A stretch of DNA of 37,955 nucleotides, taken from IMG/VR virus record IMGVR_UViG_3300045988_025591, positions 1 through 37,955 of that record; one strand, written 5' to 3'. The notes beneath the pieces were generated by a model that was not told the origin of the DNA, made no database searches, and worked only from the letters and a program-made list of their open reading frames with translations. This document shows positions 23,991 through 32,734 of the stretch, piece by piece (within the stretch, counting starts at the first letter, position 1; every line of letters begins with the position of its first letter). The position numbers and the translations under genes are program-made. This DNA comes from a virus.

Positions 23991-24236
23991 ATGGATTCAA
24001 GAAAATTTCATGATTTAGCAATCAACGCAGTATTTCAAGTAAACCAAAATATTGAAGTAAGTGAAATGTTCGTTGTATGGATGTGTAAGACGCTACAGAA
24101 CAATAAAGCATTAATTGGTGTACATCATTCACCCAATTATTATGAAGTAACGTATAACGGCGATAAAAAGGAATTATACGTTGATGAATACATCAAGAAT
24201 ACAAATACTTGTCTAAATGCAAATGACGCTCTATGA
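23991..24236 (+). CDS. hypothetical protein
   Basis: ATG follows AAGGAGGAG. The track start at 23865 would overlap the tRNA and cross its terminator. The C-terminal pattern is YYEVTYNGDKKELYVDEY. Confidence 0.6.
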   Translation: MDSRKFHDLAINAVFQVNQNIEVSEMFVVWMCKTLQNNKALIGVHHSPNYYEVTYNGDKKELYVDEYIKNTNTCLNANDAL

Positions 24237-24256
24237 GCTTAAAAAAGGGGGATAAA

Positions 24257-24730
24257 ATGGAAATTATTAGATTAAAAATTAATGACATTACACCTTACGA
24301 AAAGAATGCAAAGATTCATACTGAAGCGCAAATTGAACAAATTAAGAAATCTATTCAAGAATTTGGTATGAATGACCCAATCGCAGTATGGGGAGAAAAA
24401 AATACAATCGTTGAAGGTCATGGAAGATTAGAAGCCTTAAAACAATTAGGCGATACAGAAGTTGACTGTATCAGATTAGACCATTTGACAGATGAAGAAA
24501 GAAAAGCCTATACACTTGCACATAATAAAATCAATATGAATACAGGGTTTGATATTGATTTGTTAGATGAAGAATTAGACAGTATTGAAGATATTGATAT
24601 GGAAGATTTTGGATTTGAAAACGTAGAAAATATTGATTTGAATAGTTTTTTTGAAGATTCAAATTCGACAAGTGAAAAAGAACCGAAAAAAATTCAGTGT
24701 CCTCATTGTGGTGAATGGTTTGAACAATGA
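24257..24730 (+). CDS. ParB-like nuclease-domain protein with a C-terminal zinc ribbon
   Basis: ATG follows AAGGGGGA. The sequence DITPYEKNAKIHTEAQIEQIKKSIQEFGMNDPIAVW...IVEGHGRLEA is a ParB/Sulfiredoxin-type N-terminal domain. CPHCGEW lies at the C-terminus. Confidence 0.75.
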   Translation: MEIIRLKINDITPYEKNAKIHTEAQIEQIKKSIQEFGMNDPIAVWGEKNTIVEGHGRLEALKQLGDTEVDCIRLDHLTDEERKAYTLAHNKINMNTGFDIDLLDEELDSIEDIDMEDFGFENVENIDLNSFFEDSNSTSEKEPKKIQCPHCGEWFEQ

Positions 24731-24953
24731 AACTGTTTTTAGCAGGATGTCTTTCGGGGGGGCACAAAACATAGTGCGTAAGAATTATGAAGTTGTATCT
24801 AGCAGGATGACAAGCGCAACTAAAGACGGCTATCCCTAAAGTAGGAGAAGATATGGAAATGTATTTAGCGTCTGTTTCAAGACTTGAAACAGATTTAAAA
24901 GCAGAGAGTGGAGGATTAATGAAAGCATATCTAGCAGAGAGTGGAGGATTAAT
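24727..24953 (+). repeat. four tandem, decaying copies of the dpdA 5' end (period about 60-66 nt)
   Basis: ATGAAACTGTTTTTAGCAGGATG starts at 24727 (MKLFLAGCLSGGHKT, stop). ATGAAGTTGTATCTAGCAGGATGA starts at 24787 (MKLYLAG, stop). ATGGAAATGTATTTAGCG starts at 24853. ATGAAAGCATATCTAGCAGAGAG starts at 24919. A 21-bp direct repeat AGCAGAGAGTGGAGGATTAAT occurs at 24900-24920 and 24933-24953. Confidence 0.6.
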
Positions 24954-25632
24954 CTTCAATGACGCTAACATATTGCAATCATTCTATTATGTAGATGACT
25001 TCACTCGAAATATAATCATCCCAAATTGTAAAGATTTCTTATTAGATAGTGGAGCATTTACATTTATACAGAATGCGAAACACGTTGATTGGGATGAATA
25101 CGTAGAAAAATATGCAAAATTTGTTAGAGAAAACAAGATTCAGAAATATTTCGAATTAGATATTGATTCAATCGTTGGATTAAAAGAAGTCGAACGATTA
25201 AGAGCAAAGTTAGAAAGACTAGTTGGTTGGCAGTGTATTCCTGTATGGCACAGAAGCAGAGGAATGGACTACTTTATAAAGCAATGTGAAGAATACCCTT
25301 ATATAGCTATTGGTGGAATCGCAATCAAAGAAATAAAACAAAATGAATATCCTATCTTCAAAGTGTTAATAAAAGAAGCACATAAGAGAAATACAAAGGT
25401 GCATGGATTAGGATTCACACAATTAAAGAAACTGAAAATGTATAACTTTGATTCGGTAGATAGTTCATCATGGGTTAGTGGAAATAGATTCGGTGCTATA
25501 TATTGGTTTAACGGAGAAACTTTAGAAAAGATAAATAAACCAAAAGGGAAACGAGTGAAGAGTTCACAAACTGCTATAAACAACTTTATACAGTGGAAGA
25601 AATTCGCTAATTATGTAGAAAGGACATATTAA
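24853..25632 (+). CDS. dpdA: DpdA-like 7-deazaguanine DNA transglycosylase (TGT family)
   Basis: LLDSGAFTF parallels the TGT catalytic DSGGFQ motif. VHGLGFT and FDSVDSSSW parallel the second catalytic region. The neighbouring genes are queuosine-precursor genes. An alternative start is the ATG at 24919 (MKAYLAESGGL). Confidence 0.75.
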   Translation: MEMYLASVSRLETDLKAESGGLMKAYLAESGGLIFNDANILQSFYYVDDFTRNIIIPNCKDFLLDSGAFTFIQNAKHVDWDEYVEKYAKFVRENKIQKYFELDIDSIVGLKEVERLRAKLERLVGWQCIPVWHRSRGMDYFIKQCEEYPYIAIGGIAIKEIKQNEYPIFKVLIKEAHKRNTKVHGLGFTQLKKLKMYNFDSVDSSSWVSGNRFGAIYWFNGETLEKINKPKGKRVKSSQTAINNFIQWKKFANYVERTY

Positions 25633-25935
25633 ATGATTGAAAACAAAGAAAAAGTAAGATATATCGAAATGTATCCAAAGGCAAGATGTTTCTGCCCTAT
25701 TGGTAAAGCATGGTACACAAATAGATTTAAAGTATCAGTATTTCCTAGAGATTGTTATTTCGATTATCTAGATGTAGAAAAGTTTATTAAAGAAGAAATT
25801 GAAGGAAAGAGCTTAACAATTGAGGGAGCTTGCAAGAAACTATATGACTATTTAAAAAAAGATGTTGAAGATATTCAAGTAGAATCACACGTAAATGACG
25901 CAACTCATTTTCCTGTTAAGGTATTAGTTGATTAA
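25633..25935 (+). CDS. QueF / QueF-like T-fold protein (tentative)
   Basis: The segment CFCPIGKAWYTNRFKVSVFP has the same Cys-Pro...Pro spacing as the QueF segment LCPKTGQPDFATIYISYIP. The full QueF motif is absent and the protein is only 100 aa, which is more like QueF-L. Confidence 0.5.
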   Translation: MIENKEKVRYIEMYPKARCFCPIGKAWYTNRFKVSVFPRDCYFDYLDVEKFIKEEIEGKSLTIEGACKKLYDYLKKDVEDIQVESHVNDATHFPVKVLVD

Positions 25936-25948
25936 GGAGGAAGTATTA

Positions 25949-26407
25949 ATAAAGAATCAAACAATTAAGACAATTTCAATGAATGCAATCGTATGTGCAA
26001 TGTATGTTGCGTTATGTGTAGCATTAAATCCAATTAGCTTTGGAGCATTACAATTTAGAGTAGCAACTCTATTGTTACCATTAGGATTTCAAGATAAGAG
26101 ATTTGCAAATGGACTTATTCTAGGAGTAATCTTAGCAAACTTAACAAGTTCACTAGGATTAATTGATGTATTAGTTGGATTTACAATTCAATTTACAATG
26201 TATTATTTATTCCCATATTTTATTAAGAATAAATGGATTCATGGAATTGCTTATGCAGTATTAAGTGGAACTCTAGTAGCATTAGAATTATTATCAGTAT
26301 TACACATTCCATTCTTATATTCATTTATTACAGTAGGATTAAGTGGATTGATTTTATATGAAGTAGGGAATGTATTATGTACAAGATTATTGAAATACAT
26401 TGATTAA
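25949..26407 (+). CDS. queT: QueT-family queuosine-precursor transporter (ATA start proposed)
   Basis: A multi-TM protein with the QueT-like N-terminus (AIVCAMYVALCVALNPISFGALQFRVATLLLPL). AAGGAGG at 25934-25940 is followed by an 8-nt spacer and ATA. The track TTG at 25928 precedes that SD, and the ATG at 25979 has no SD. Confidence 0.7.
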   Translation: MKNQTIKTISMNAIVCAMYVALCVALNPISFGALQFRVATLLLPLGFQDKRFANGLILGVILANLTSSLGLIDVLVGFTIQFTMYYLFPYFIKNKWIHGIAYAVLSGTLVALELLSVLHIPFLYSFITVGLSGLILYEVGNVLCTRLLKYID

Positions 26408-26422
26408 AGGAGTGATAGACAC

Positions 26423-26791
26423 ATGGCAAGCAAAAAATTTATTAATCAAAAACAGTTTGAGCAACTATGCCAAATTCAATGCACAAAGGATGAAATTTGC
26501 GCCGTGCTAGATGTATCAGACAAAACATTAGACAGATGGTGTAAAGAAACATATAAAACGTCATTCTCCGATATTTTCAGACAAAAAAGGCAAGGAGGGT
26601 GCGCAAGTCTTAGAGTGAAGCAGTGGAAACTAGCTTCAAAGAGTCCTGCTATGGCTATTTTCTTGGGTAAACAATTCTTAGGACAGACTGATAAGGTAGA
26701 AACACATTTTGACGCTTCAGAAGTAAATGCAATTAATAAAGCTATGATTACAGATGTAGCAAAAGAAAGAAGTATTGAAGATTTTGAATAA
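26423..26791 (+). CDS. terminase small subunit
   Basis: An HTH-like N-terminus (ICAVLDVSDKTLDRWCKE) and AMAIFLGKQFLGQTD, typical of small terminases. It lies directly upstream of TerL. Confidence 0.75.
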   Translation: MASKKFINQKQFEQLCQIQCTKDEICAVLDVSDKTLDRWCKETYKTSFSDIFRQKRQGGCASLRVKQWKLASKSPAMAIFLGKQFLGQTDKVETHFDASEVNAINKAMITDVAKERSIEDFE

Positions 26792-28109
26792 GCCTGCGCC
26801 TTTCAATCAAAAGCAATTAACTTATCTTAAAAGAACATTTGATTCATGGCTTAATGTGTTAGAAGGTGGGAAGCGTGGAGGAAAGAACGTACTCAACACA
26901 TACGCTTTCTGTATTGCATTAGAAACACATCCGGATAAGTTTCATCTAATAGCAGGAACAGATACATCATCTGCACGTGTAAATATTGGAGATTGTAATG
27001 GATATGGATTGCAAAACTACTTTGCGAATAGATTTAAAGTAGGGAAGTATGAAGGCAAAGACTGCTACTACGTCAATACAAAGGCGGGAGAAAAGGTTGT
27101 ATTCTTTGCCGGTGGTGCGAAGAAAGGCTCAGAAAATGCGATACATGGTTATTCATATGGAATGGCATATGTTACTGAAGCAAACCTTTGTTGCATTGAG
27201 TTTCTACAAGAAGTGATGGATAGAACGATAGCGTCAAGCAATCGAAAGATATTTCATGATTTAAACCCCAAAGGCAAGAATCATTGGTATTACACAGATT
27301 TCTTAAAGTATCACGAGGAGCAACAGAATAAAGATTCTACATATGGTTACAACTATGGGCATACCACCTTAGTTGACAATTATTCTTTAAGTGATGAGCA
27401 GATAAGAACGGTCTTGAAATCATACGATAAGAATTCCGTTTATTACAAAAGAGATATAAAAGGGCAAAGGGAAGAAGCCGAAGGACTTGTATTCCCTTAT
27501 TTTGCAAATGATTGCAAACCCTACCTATTTAAATATCAACATTTAAAAGAGAAGATGAAAGAACAAGGAAAAAGGTTTAGTCATTTAATTATTGGAGTAG
27601 ACTTCGGAGACAATGGCTCGAAATATTCATGGCACTTAACAGGATTTACAAATGATTGGGATTATATGTGGGCACTTGACGAGGGAGACATGGCAAAATC
27701 AAACTCAATAGACGCAACAAAGTTCTGTAAGGCGTTCGTAAGGTTCTATAAGCGTTGTATTGAATGTTATGGATATGTTGAGTGGATATTCTGCGACAGT
27801 GCTTCTAATACGTTGATAAACACGCTTAGAGCTTATTTTTACGCCGAAGGATTAGACGGAAGTATAATTGCACCGGTCAAAAAAAATGAACTTACAGACC
27901 GTCCTATAACGGTTGATAGCTTACTTGTTACAGGTAGATTGAAGATAGAAGAACATTGTAAGAATTTAATAAACGCATTGAGCGAATTAGTATGGGATGA
28001 AAAGAAAGACATTCCAAAAGATGAGAACGTAAACAATATCAATGATGATTGGGATTCGTTCTGCTATACATTTATCACACATAGTGGATATATAGATTTA
28101 AGGAGGTAA
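26775..28109 (+). CDS. terminase large subunit
   Basis: A Walker-A-like GGKRGGKN, a Walker-B-like YGMAYVTEA and a C-terminal nuclease region (VDFGDNGS ... FCDSAS ... DDWDS). Confidence 0.9.
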   Translation: MKILNKPAPFNQKQLTYLKRTFDSWLNVLEGGKRGGKNVLNTYAFCIALETHPDKFHLIAGTDTSSARVNIGDCNGYGLQNYFANRFKVGKYEGKDCYYVNTKAGEKVVFFAGGAKKGSENAIHGYSYGMAYVTEANLCCIEFLQEVMDRTIASSNRKIFHDLNPKGKNHWYYTDFLKYHEEQQNKDSTYGYNYGHTTLVDNYSLSDEQIRTVLKSYDKNSVYYKRDIKGQREEAEGLVFPYFANDCKPYLFKYQHLKEKMKEQGKRFSHLIIGVDFGDNGSKYSWHLTGFTNDWDYMWALDEGDMAKSNSIDATKFCKAFVRFYKRCIECYGYVEWIFCDSASNTLINTLRAYFYAEGLDGSIIAPVKKNELTDRPITVDSLLVTGRLKIEEHCKNLINALSELVWDEKKDIPKDENVNNINDDWDSFCYTFITHSGYIDLRR

Positions 28110-28112
28110 GAA

Positions 28113-29516
28113 ATAGAAACATCTAACACACGTAATCCGTGGTTTCAGAATTACCTAAACGATAGAGGGTATTATGTAGATACAAATGCAATTCAAATTA
28201 TTGAATTGTGCAATAAGTGGTATACAAATACCGAAACAGAATTTCATACGGCATACACCTTGAACAATGAGGAATACACATTGGATAAAACAGACTTTGC
28301 AAAACGTTTATGCGAGGATGACGCAAACCTAATTGAAATCCTAGATATAAACGCTACAGAGGACAGTACTACAAATGACATTATTTCAGACATTCTAACA
28401 AAGAATAGGTTTGATGTAATGTATAGGAAACAAGTTGAGCAAATGTCTGCAAACGGTACAGTAGGAGCTTATGTAACGGTATCAAATGCCGAAATCTATG
28501 AAGATGGTAGTTTCAGTGGGGGAGAAATCAGAATCAATTATTGTGATTCAATGAATATCCTTCCATTAACTGTTATTAATGATGAAATTGTTGAAGTTGC
28601 TTTCGTTGGAGTTAATTATGAGAAATTGAAAAAGGTATATGTCTTAGTCATGTTCTTAAAAGGACAAGATGAAAGATATATCGCAGAAACACATTACTTT
28701 AAAGATACAGGCGAAGAAATAAAAGACCGTGCTCAAATTGTTCAATTAGATGTGGTCAAGCCGTTTGCAATTATGAGAAACGCAAAAGTAAATAACTTGC
28801 AAATGCAAGGGTACGGCTTACCTAAGATTTGGAGTGCGATTGCTCCATTAAAAACAATTGATTTAACAATGACAATGTGGAATAGAGATTTATTGAAATC
28901 GGATAAAATCGTTCTTGTGAATGAAGCATTAATGCATAAGGACAAGAATGGAAATGTAAAGACCAACCCACAACTCAAGAATATATTTGTTCAGCTAGGC
29001 AGAGATAAGTTACCGGAAGAAAAAGCGTTATGGCAAGAATATAATCCTACAGTTAGAACGAATGAGGTTGTTCAGTCGTTAGAAACTGCGTTAAGTATTC
29101 TATCCATGATGTTTGGATTCGGTACAAAGAAATACACATTTGAAAGTGGAAGAATCGTAACGGCTACAGAATATATCGGTGAGAATCAAGACGCTATGAA
29201 AGAAGTAAACTCACAACGAAAAGAATCTACTGCATATATTCAAGATATCATTCAAGCAATAGCGTATTTCTATGAATTAACACAAGGCAGAAAGCTTAAT
29301 ATTAATTCATTAGATATTGCTATTGATTATGACGATACATATATCGAGGATAAACAAAGTACCACACAAGCGTTACGAAATGATGCACTTACATTCGATA
29401 TTCCAAGATTAAAAATCATGTACTTCATGAAGCAATACGGCTTTACTGAAGAAGAAGCCAAAGAATTATTAAATGAAGAAATTCAAGATGATGGAGAGGA
29501 GGATGAAGAAGAATAG
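28113..29516 (+). CDS. portal protein (SPP1 Gp6-like) (ATA start)
   Basis: Follows TerL. AGGAGG at 28101-28106 is followed by a 6-nt spacer and ATAGAA. There is no ATG/GTG/TTG in the 31 codons before the track TTG at 28206, which sits inside the conserved IIELCNKWYTN segment. Confidence 0.9.
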   Translation: METSNTRNPWFQNYLNDRGYYVDTNAIQIIELCNKWYTNTETEFHTAYTLNNEEYTLDKTDFAKRLCEDDANLIEILDINATEDSTTNDIISDILTKNRFDVMYRKQVEQMSANGTVGAYVTVSNAEIYEDGSFSGGEIRINYCDSMNILPLTVINDEIVEVAFVGVNYEKLKKVYVLVMFLKGQDERYIAETHYFKDTGEEIKDRAQIVQLDVVKPFAIMRNAKVNNLQMQGYGLPKIWSAIAPLKTIDLTMTMWNRDLLKSDKIVLVNEALMHKDKNGNVKTNPQLKNIFVQLGRDKLPEEKALWQEYNPTVRTNEVVQSLETALSILSMMFGFGTKKYTFESGRIVTATEYIGENQDAMKEVNSQRKESTAYIQDIIQAIAYFYELTQGRKLNINSLDIAIDYDDTYIEDKQSTTQALRNDALTFDIPRLKIMYFMKQYGFTEEEAKELLNEEIQDDGEEDEEE

Positions 29517-30322
29517 CAACTACATATTTTCCATTCGTCTCAAGAAATGGCGATAGATTAGTATTATATGACGCTTTCAGAAGATTGTTCTCAAGCTACT
29601 TCACAAATGGTGTGTTCGTAGATGATTCTAGTTCAGACCATTTGAGAGTTGAGAAAGCTCAAGGCTTAACATTAACAGTTAAAGCAGGACGAGCAAATAT
29701 TAACGGAGCGTTCTATTGGCAGAAAGATGACGAAACCATCACATTAGAAAAGAATAGTGCAACTAAAAGTTACAATATCATTCTTAGATTGAATGATAAT
29801 GACGCATACAGAAATATCACATTGATTGCTAGTGATATTAATAATGGAATTACAAGAAGTGATTCTATTTACGATTTAGTACTAGCTACAGTCACGGTTA
29901 CAGGTAATTCAAGTGAAGTCAAGGGTTCAGATATTACAGATACAAGATTAGATTCTACACGTTGTGGAGCAGTTACAAGCACTATTAAGAGCGTACAATC
30001 ATTAGATTTATTCACACAAGTAACGGAGTTATTTAAAGAAATCAAGGCTCAGAATGAATCTGAAATGAACGCAAATAGAACAGAATTTAATGATTGGTTT
30101 GAAACTGTAAAAGATACGTTAGACGCAAATACGGCAGGAAAGTTATCAAATAGAATTTCAAACATTGAAAAGATGATTATGGAGAATCATTTCACCACAA
30201 TCTTATTAACAGAAGATGGAACACTAGTGGATGAGAATGGTCATGAGATTCTAGCAGATTGGGCGTATGAAGTTGATAAAGGTGAAGTAGGCAAAGATTG
30301 GACTTACAAGGTGAAATCATGA
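29513..30322 (+). CDS. virion structural protein with an N-terminal YFPF...GDR motif (fibre module) (ATA start)
   Basis: ATAGCA overlaps the portal TAG stop and lies 10 nt after GGAGAGGAGG. It adds IATTYFPFVSRNGDRLVLYDAFRR, a conserved N-terminus in homologous prophage fibre-module proteins. There is no canonical start before the track TTG at 29585. Confidence 0.6.
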   Translation: MATTYFPFVSRNGDRLVLYDAFRRLFSSYFTNGVFVDDSSSDHLRVEKAQGLTLTVKAGRANINGAFYWQKDDETITLEKNSATKSYNIILRLNDNDAYRNITLIASDINNGITRSDSIYDLVLATVTVTGNSSEVKGSDITDTRLDSTRCGAVTSTIKSVQSLDLFTQVTELFKEIKAQNESEMNANRTEFNDWFETVKDTLDANTAGKLSNRISNIEKMIMENHFTTILLTEDGTLVDENGHEILADWAYEVDKGEVGKDWTYKVKS

Positions 30323-30618
30323 GACAAGGAACTACGCCAACAATTCAAATCACAATAAATGATATTGATTTAAACGAAATGCAGAACATTTATGTTGTAT
30401 TTGAACAGAACGGATATATCTTAAAAAAAGAATCAAGTGATTTAAACATTGAAGGAAATGTTATTTCAGTCTTATTAAGCCAAGAAGAAACGCTCAATTT
30501 CAAAGAAGGAACTTGTAACATTCAATTAAGGATGATTACAAGTGAAGGAGTTGCAATTGCTTCTCCAATCAAAACAACAAAAGTTTACAGGGTATTAAAT
30601 AAGGAAGTGATTACATGA
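30319..30618 (+). CDS. hypothetical structural protein
   Basis: The start is moved to the ATG at 30319 (ATGA overlap, AAGGTGA SD) from the track TTG at 30298. Confidence 0.5.
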   Translation: MRQGTTPTIQITINDIDLNEMQNIYVVFEQNGYILKKESSDLNIEGNVISVLLSQEETLNFKEGTCNIQLRMITSEGVAIASPIKTTKVYRVLNKEVIT

Positions 30619-30944
30619 TTCTTATGAATGATATTCAAATGAATATACAAGATGAATCAGACAAGCTTCAAATTGAAATCAATGAAGATAAAGAATTAAT
30701 TTCTTTAGGTTTAGATGAGAAGTTTATTGAAGGAACAAATGATTACAATAAGCTAAAGAATAAACCTAAGCTAAATGGCAATGAAATTATTGGTGAAGTT
30801 GAAGAAATTGACCCTACCGTACCTTTATGGGCGAAAGCAGAAACAAGACCGGTATATACTCCGGAAGATGTGGGGGCTATGGCGGAAGGTTCGGTTACAT
30901 CTGTATCTATTGAAGAATTAGATGAGCTTTGGAATAGTTTATAG
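30615..30944 (+). CDS. hypothetical structural protein
   Basis: ATGA overlap with the upstream gene. Confidence 0.5.
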   Translation: MILMNDIQMNIQDESDKLQIEINEDKELISLGLDEKFIEGTNDYNKLKNKPKLNGNEIIGEVEEIDPTVPLWAKAETRPVYTPEDVGAMAEGSVTSVSIEELDELWNSL

Positions 30945-30955
30945 GAGGAAAAAGA

Positions 30956-31564
30956 ATAGCTATTGAATATTTAGACAAGAGTGGATTGACTCTATTAATT
31001 GGTAAAATTAAATCTGCATTAAGTGGAAAAGTTGATGCGGTAAGTGGCAAAGGCTTATCGACAAATGACTACACAACCGCAGAAAAAAGCAAATTAAGTG
31101 GTATTGCAAGTGGCGCTCAAGCTAACGTAATTGAGTCTGTAAAAGTAAACGGAACGGCATTAGTGCCAAGTTCAAAAGCCGTTGACGTTTCAGTACCGAC
31201 AAAGGTATCGCAATTAACAAATGACAGTGGTTTCCAAAATGCTACACAAGTAAATACAACGATTGTCGGAAAAGGATATCAAACGCAATCTCAAGTACAA
31301 TCGTTGATTAATTCGGCAGTAGGAAACATTACATCCATTAGATATGAAAAGGTAAGTTCATTACCTGCTACAGGTTCAAACGGTGTAATTTATTTGGTTG
31401 CGCATACACATGGAACGCAAGATATTTATGATGAATACATTTGGATTTCAGACAGTAAGGCATTTGAAAAGATTGGTAGTACAGACATTGATTTATCGGC
31501 ATATGTTAAGAAATCAGAATTAACTGCGATTACAACAAACGAATTAAATACAATGTGGGGTTAG
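30956..31564 (+). CDS. tail fibre protein (KGLSTNDYT..EK.KL repeat type) (ATA start)
   Basis: AGGAGG at 30943-30948 is followed by a 7-nt spacer and ATAGCT. It adds IAIEYLDKSG to the track TTG start at 30986. The GKGLSTNDYTTAEKSKLSGIASGAQANV motif is typical of phage fibres. Confidence 0.6.
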   Translation: MAIEYLDKSGLTLLIGKIKSALSGKVDAVSGKGLSTNDYTTAEKSKLSGIASGAQANVIESVKVNGTALVPSSKAVDVSVPTKVSQLTNDSGFQNATQVNTTIVGKGYQTQSQVQSLINSAVGNITSIRYEKVSSLPATGSNGVIYLVAHTHGTQDIYDEYIWISDSKAFEKIGSTDIDLSAYVKKSELTAITTNELNTMWG

Positions 31565-31567
31565 TAT

Positions 31568-31813
31568 ATGTCTTTTGTATTCAAAGACAAAGCTTCTATT
31601 CAATGGCTTGTCGATAGGATAAAGTCTGTAACCACATCACATAACGCATTGAATCAAATGGTTATGAATAACCACTTTACCACAAATCTAAATGCTACAA
31701 GCTCTCAAGATTTAGTGGATGAAAAAGGAAACACAATCTTAGCCGATTGGTCTTACGAAGTAGCAAGTGGAGAGGTCGGCACGGATTGGAAATATAAAAT
31801 CAAGGAGGAATAA
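31568..31813 (+). CDS. hypothetical protein sharing a C-terminal module with 29513..30322
   Basis: NHFTTNL...LVDEKGNTILADWSYEVASGEVGTDWKYKIK parallels NHFTTIL...LVDENGHEILADWAYEVDKGEVGKDWTYKVK. Confidence 0.5.
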   Translation: MSFVFKDKASIQWLVDRIKSVTTSHNALNQMVMNNHFTTNLNATSSQDLVDEKGNTILADWSYEVASGEVGTDWKYKIKEE

Positions 31814-31814
31814 C

Positions 31815-32726
31815 ATGGCAGGAAAACAAGTTACAGAGCTAGATGCATTGCCTAGCTTTACAGACACAACCTTATTGCCTGCTCATAATGGAGCAGGATT
31901 AAAAAAAGGAACATTAACGCAATTAGTGAATTATTTAGGGGCGAAATTTAGCAACCCAAATTTACTAATCAACCCAAACTTTAAAATCAATATCAAAGGA
32001 AAAAGCTCTTATACAAGTGGGTATTCGGTTGATAGATGGAAAATTGCAAACGCAACTTTAAATGCTAGTACATTGGTACTTACAAATCCTAACAGTGTAG
32101 GTGGAACATTCTTACAATCTTTAGAACATAAACCTACAGGAACATTTACGGTGACATTAAATGTTGCAAGTGTCACAGGAGCAATTAAATTTGCATGGCA
32201 AGACGGAAGTACTTATAAGACTGGTGTAGCAATTTCAAAAGGAGTAAACACATATACATTTACGGCTTCAAGCTTAACGTGGGTTGGTATTGAAATTGCC
32301 AAAGGGGCTTCAGTTCAATTAAGCTATATGAAACTAGAAGAAGGCTCAGTGGCTACAGAATATGTAGAGCCGAATGGAAGTGAAGAGTATGTGAAATGCC
32401 TTTGGTATAACAGACCTATCACAGGATTAAGAAGTGGATATCTTCACGGAAACAAAATTTATTTAAGTGTTCCGGAGTGCGCTTCAATGAGAATAAGTAC
32501 TCCAACGCCTAAAGAATTCAATTTGGCAGGTTGGATTTACATCGGAAATAGCATGATTACCGTAAACAAATCCGATATCACGGCAGTAACATTGGATGAA
32601 TATAAAGAGTTGGTATTAACACCTACATCTGCATTAGCACAAACACTAACAAATAAAGGCTATAAGAATATTTCGTATGTAATCAATAATGGTGGTGTAG
32701 TTCAATTAGACGCAGAGATTTATTAG
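31815..32726 (+). CDS. receptor-binding/tail fibre tip candidate
   Basis: The start is moved to the ATG at 31815 after AAGGAGGAA (the track GTG at 31767 overlaps the upstream gene). The protein looks beta-rich, and the call rests on its position in the fibre module. Confidence 0.5.
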   Translation: MAGKQVTELDALPSFTDTTLLPAHNGAGLKKGTLTQLVNYLGAKFSNPNLLINPNFKINIKGKSSYTSGYSVDRWKIANATLNASTLVLTNPNSVGGTFLQSLEHKPTGTFTVTLNVASVTGAIKFAWQDGSTYKTGVAISKGVNTYTFTASSLTWVGIEIAKGASVQLSYMKLEEGSVATEYVEPNGSEEYVKCLWYNRPITGLRSGYLHGNKIYLSVPECASMRISTPTPKEFNLAGWIYIGNSMITVNKSDITAVTLDEYKELVLTPTSALAQTLTNKGYKNISYVINNGGVVQLDAEIY

Positions 32727-32734
32727 GAGGAACT

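Noticed and set aside
24756-24762. The G7 homopolymer as a phase-variation switch for dpdA.
   Set aside because: Adding or removing one G only leads to other short ORFs that stop before 24853. No frame connects the tract to the dpdA coding frame.
24731-24852. A preQ1 riboswitch in the leader of the dpdA/queF-like/queT operon.
   Set aside because: I could not fold a preQ1-I or preQ1-II-like hairpin, pseudoknot and A-rich tail from this sequence by eye, although there is a CUAGC string and an A-rich stretch before the SD. It is still worth a covariance-model scan, but I cannot support it from what I can see.
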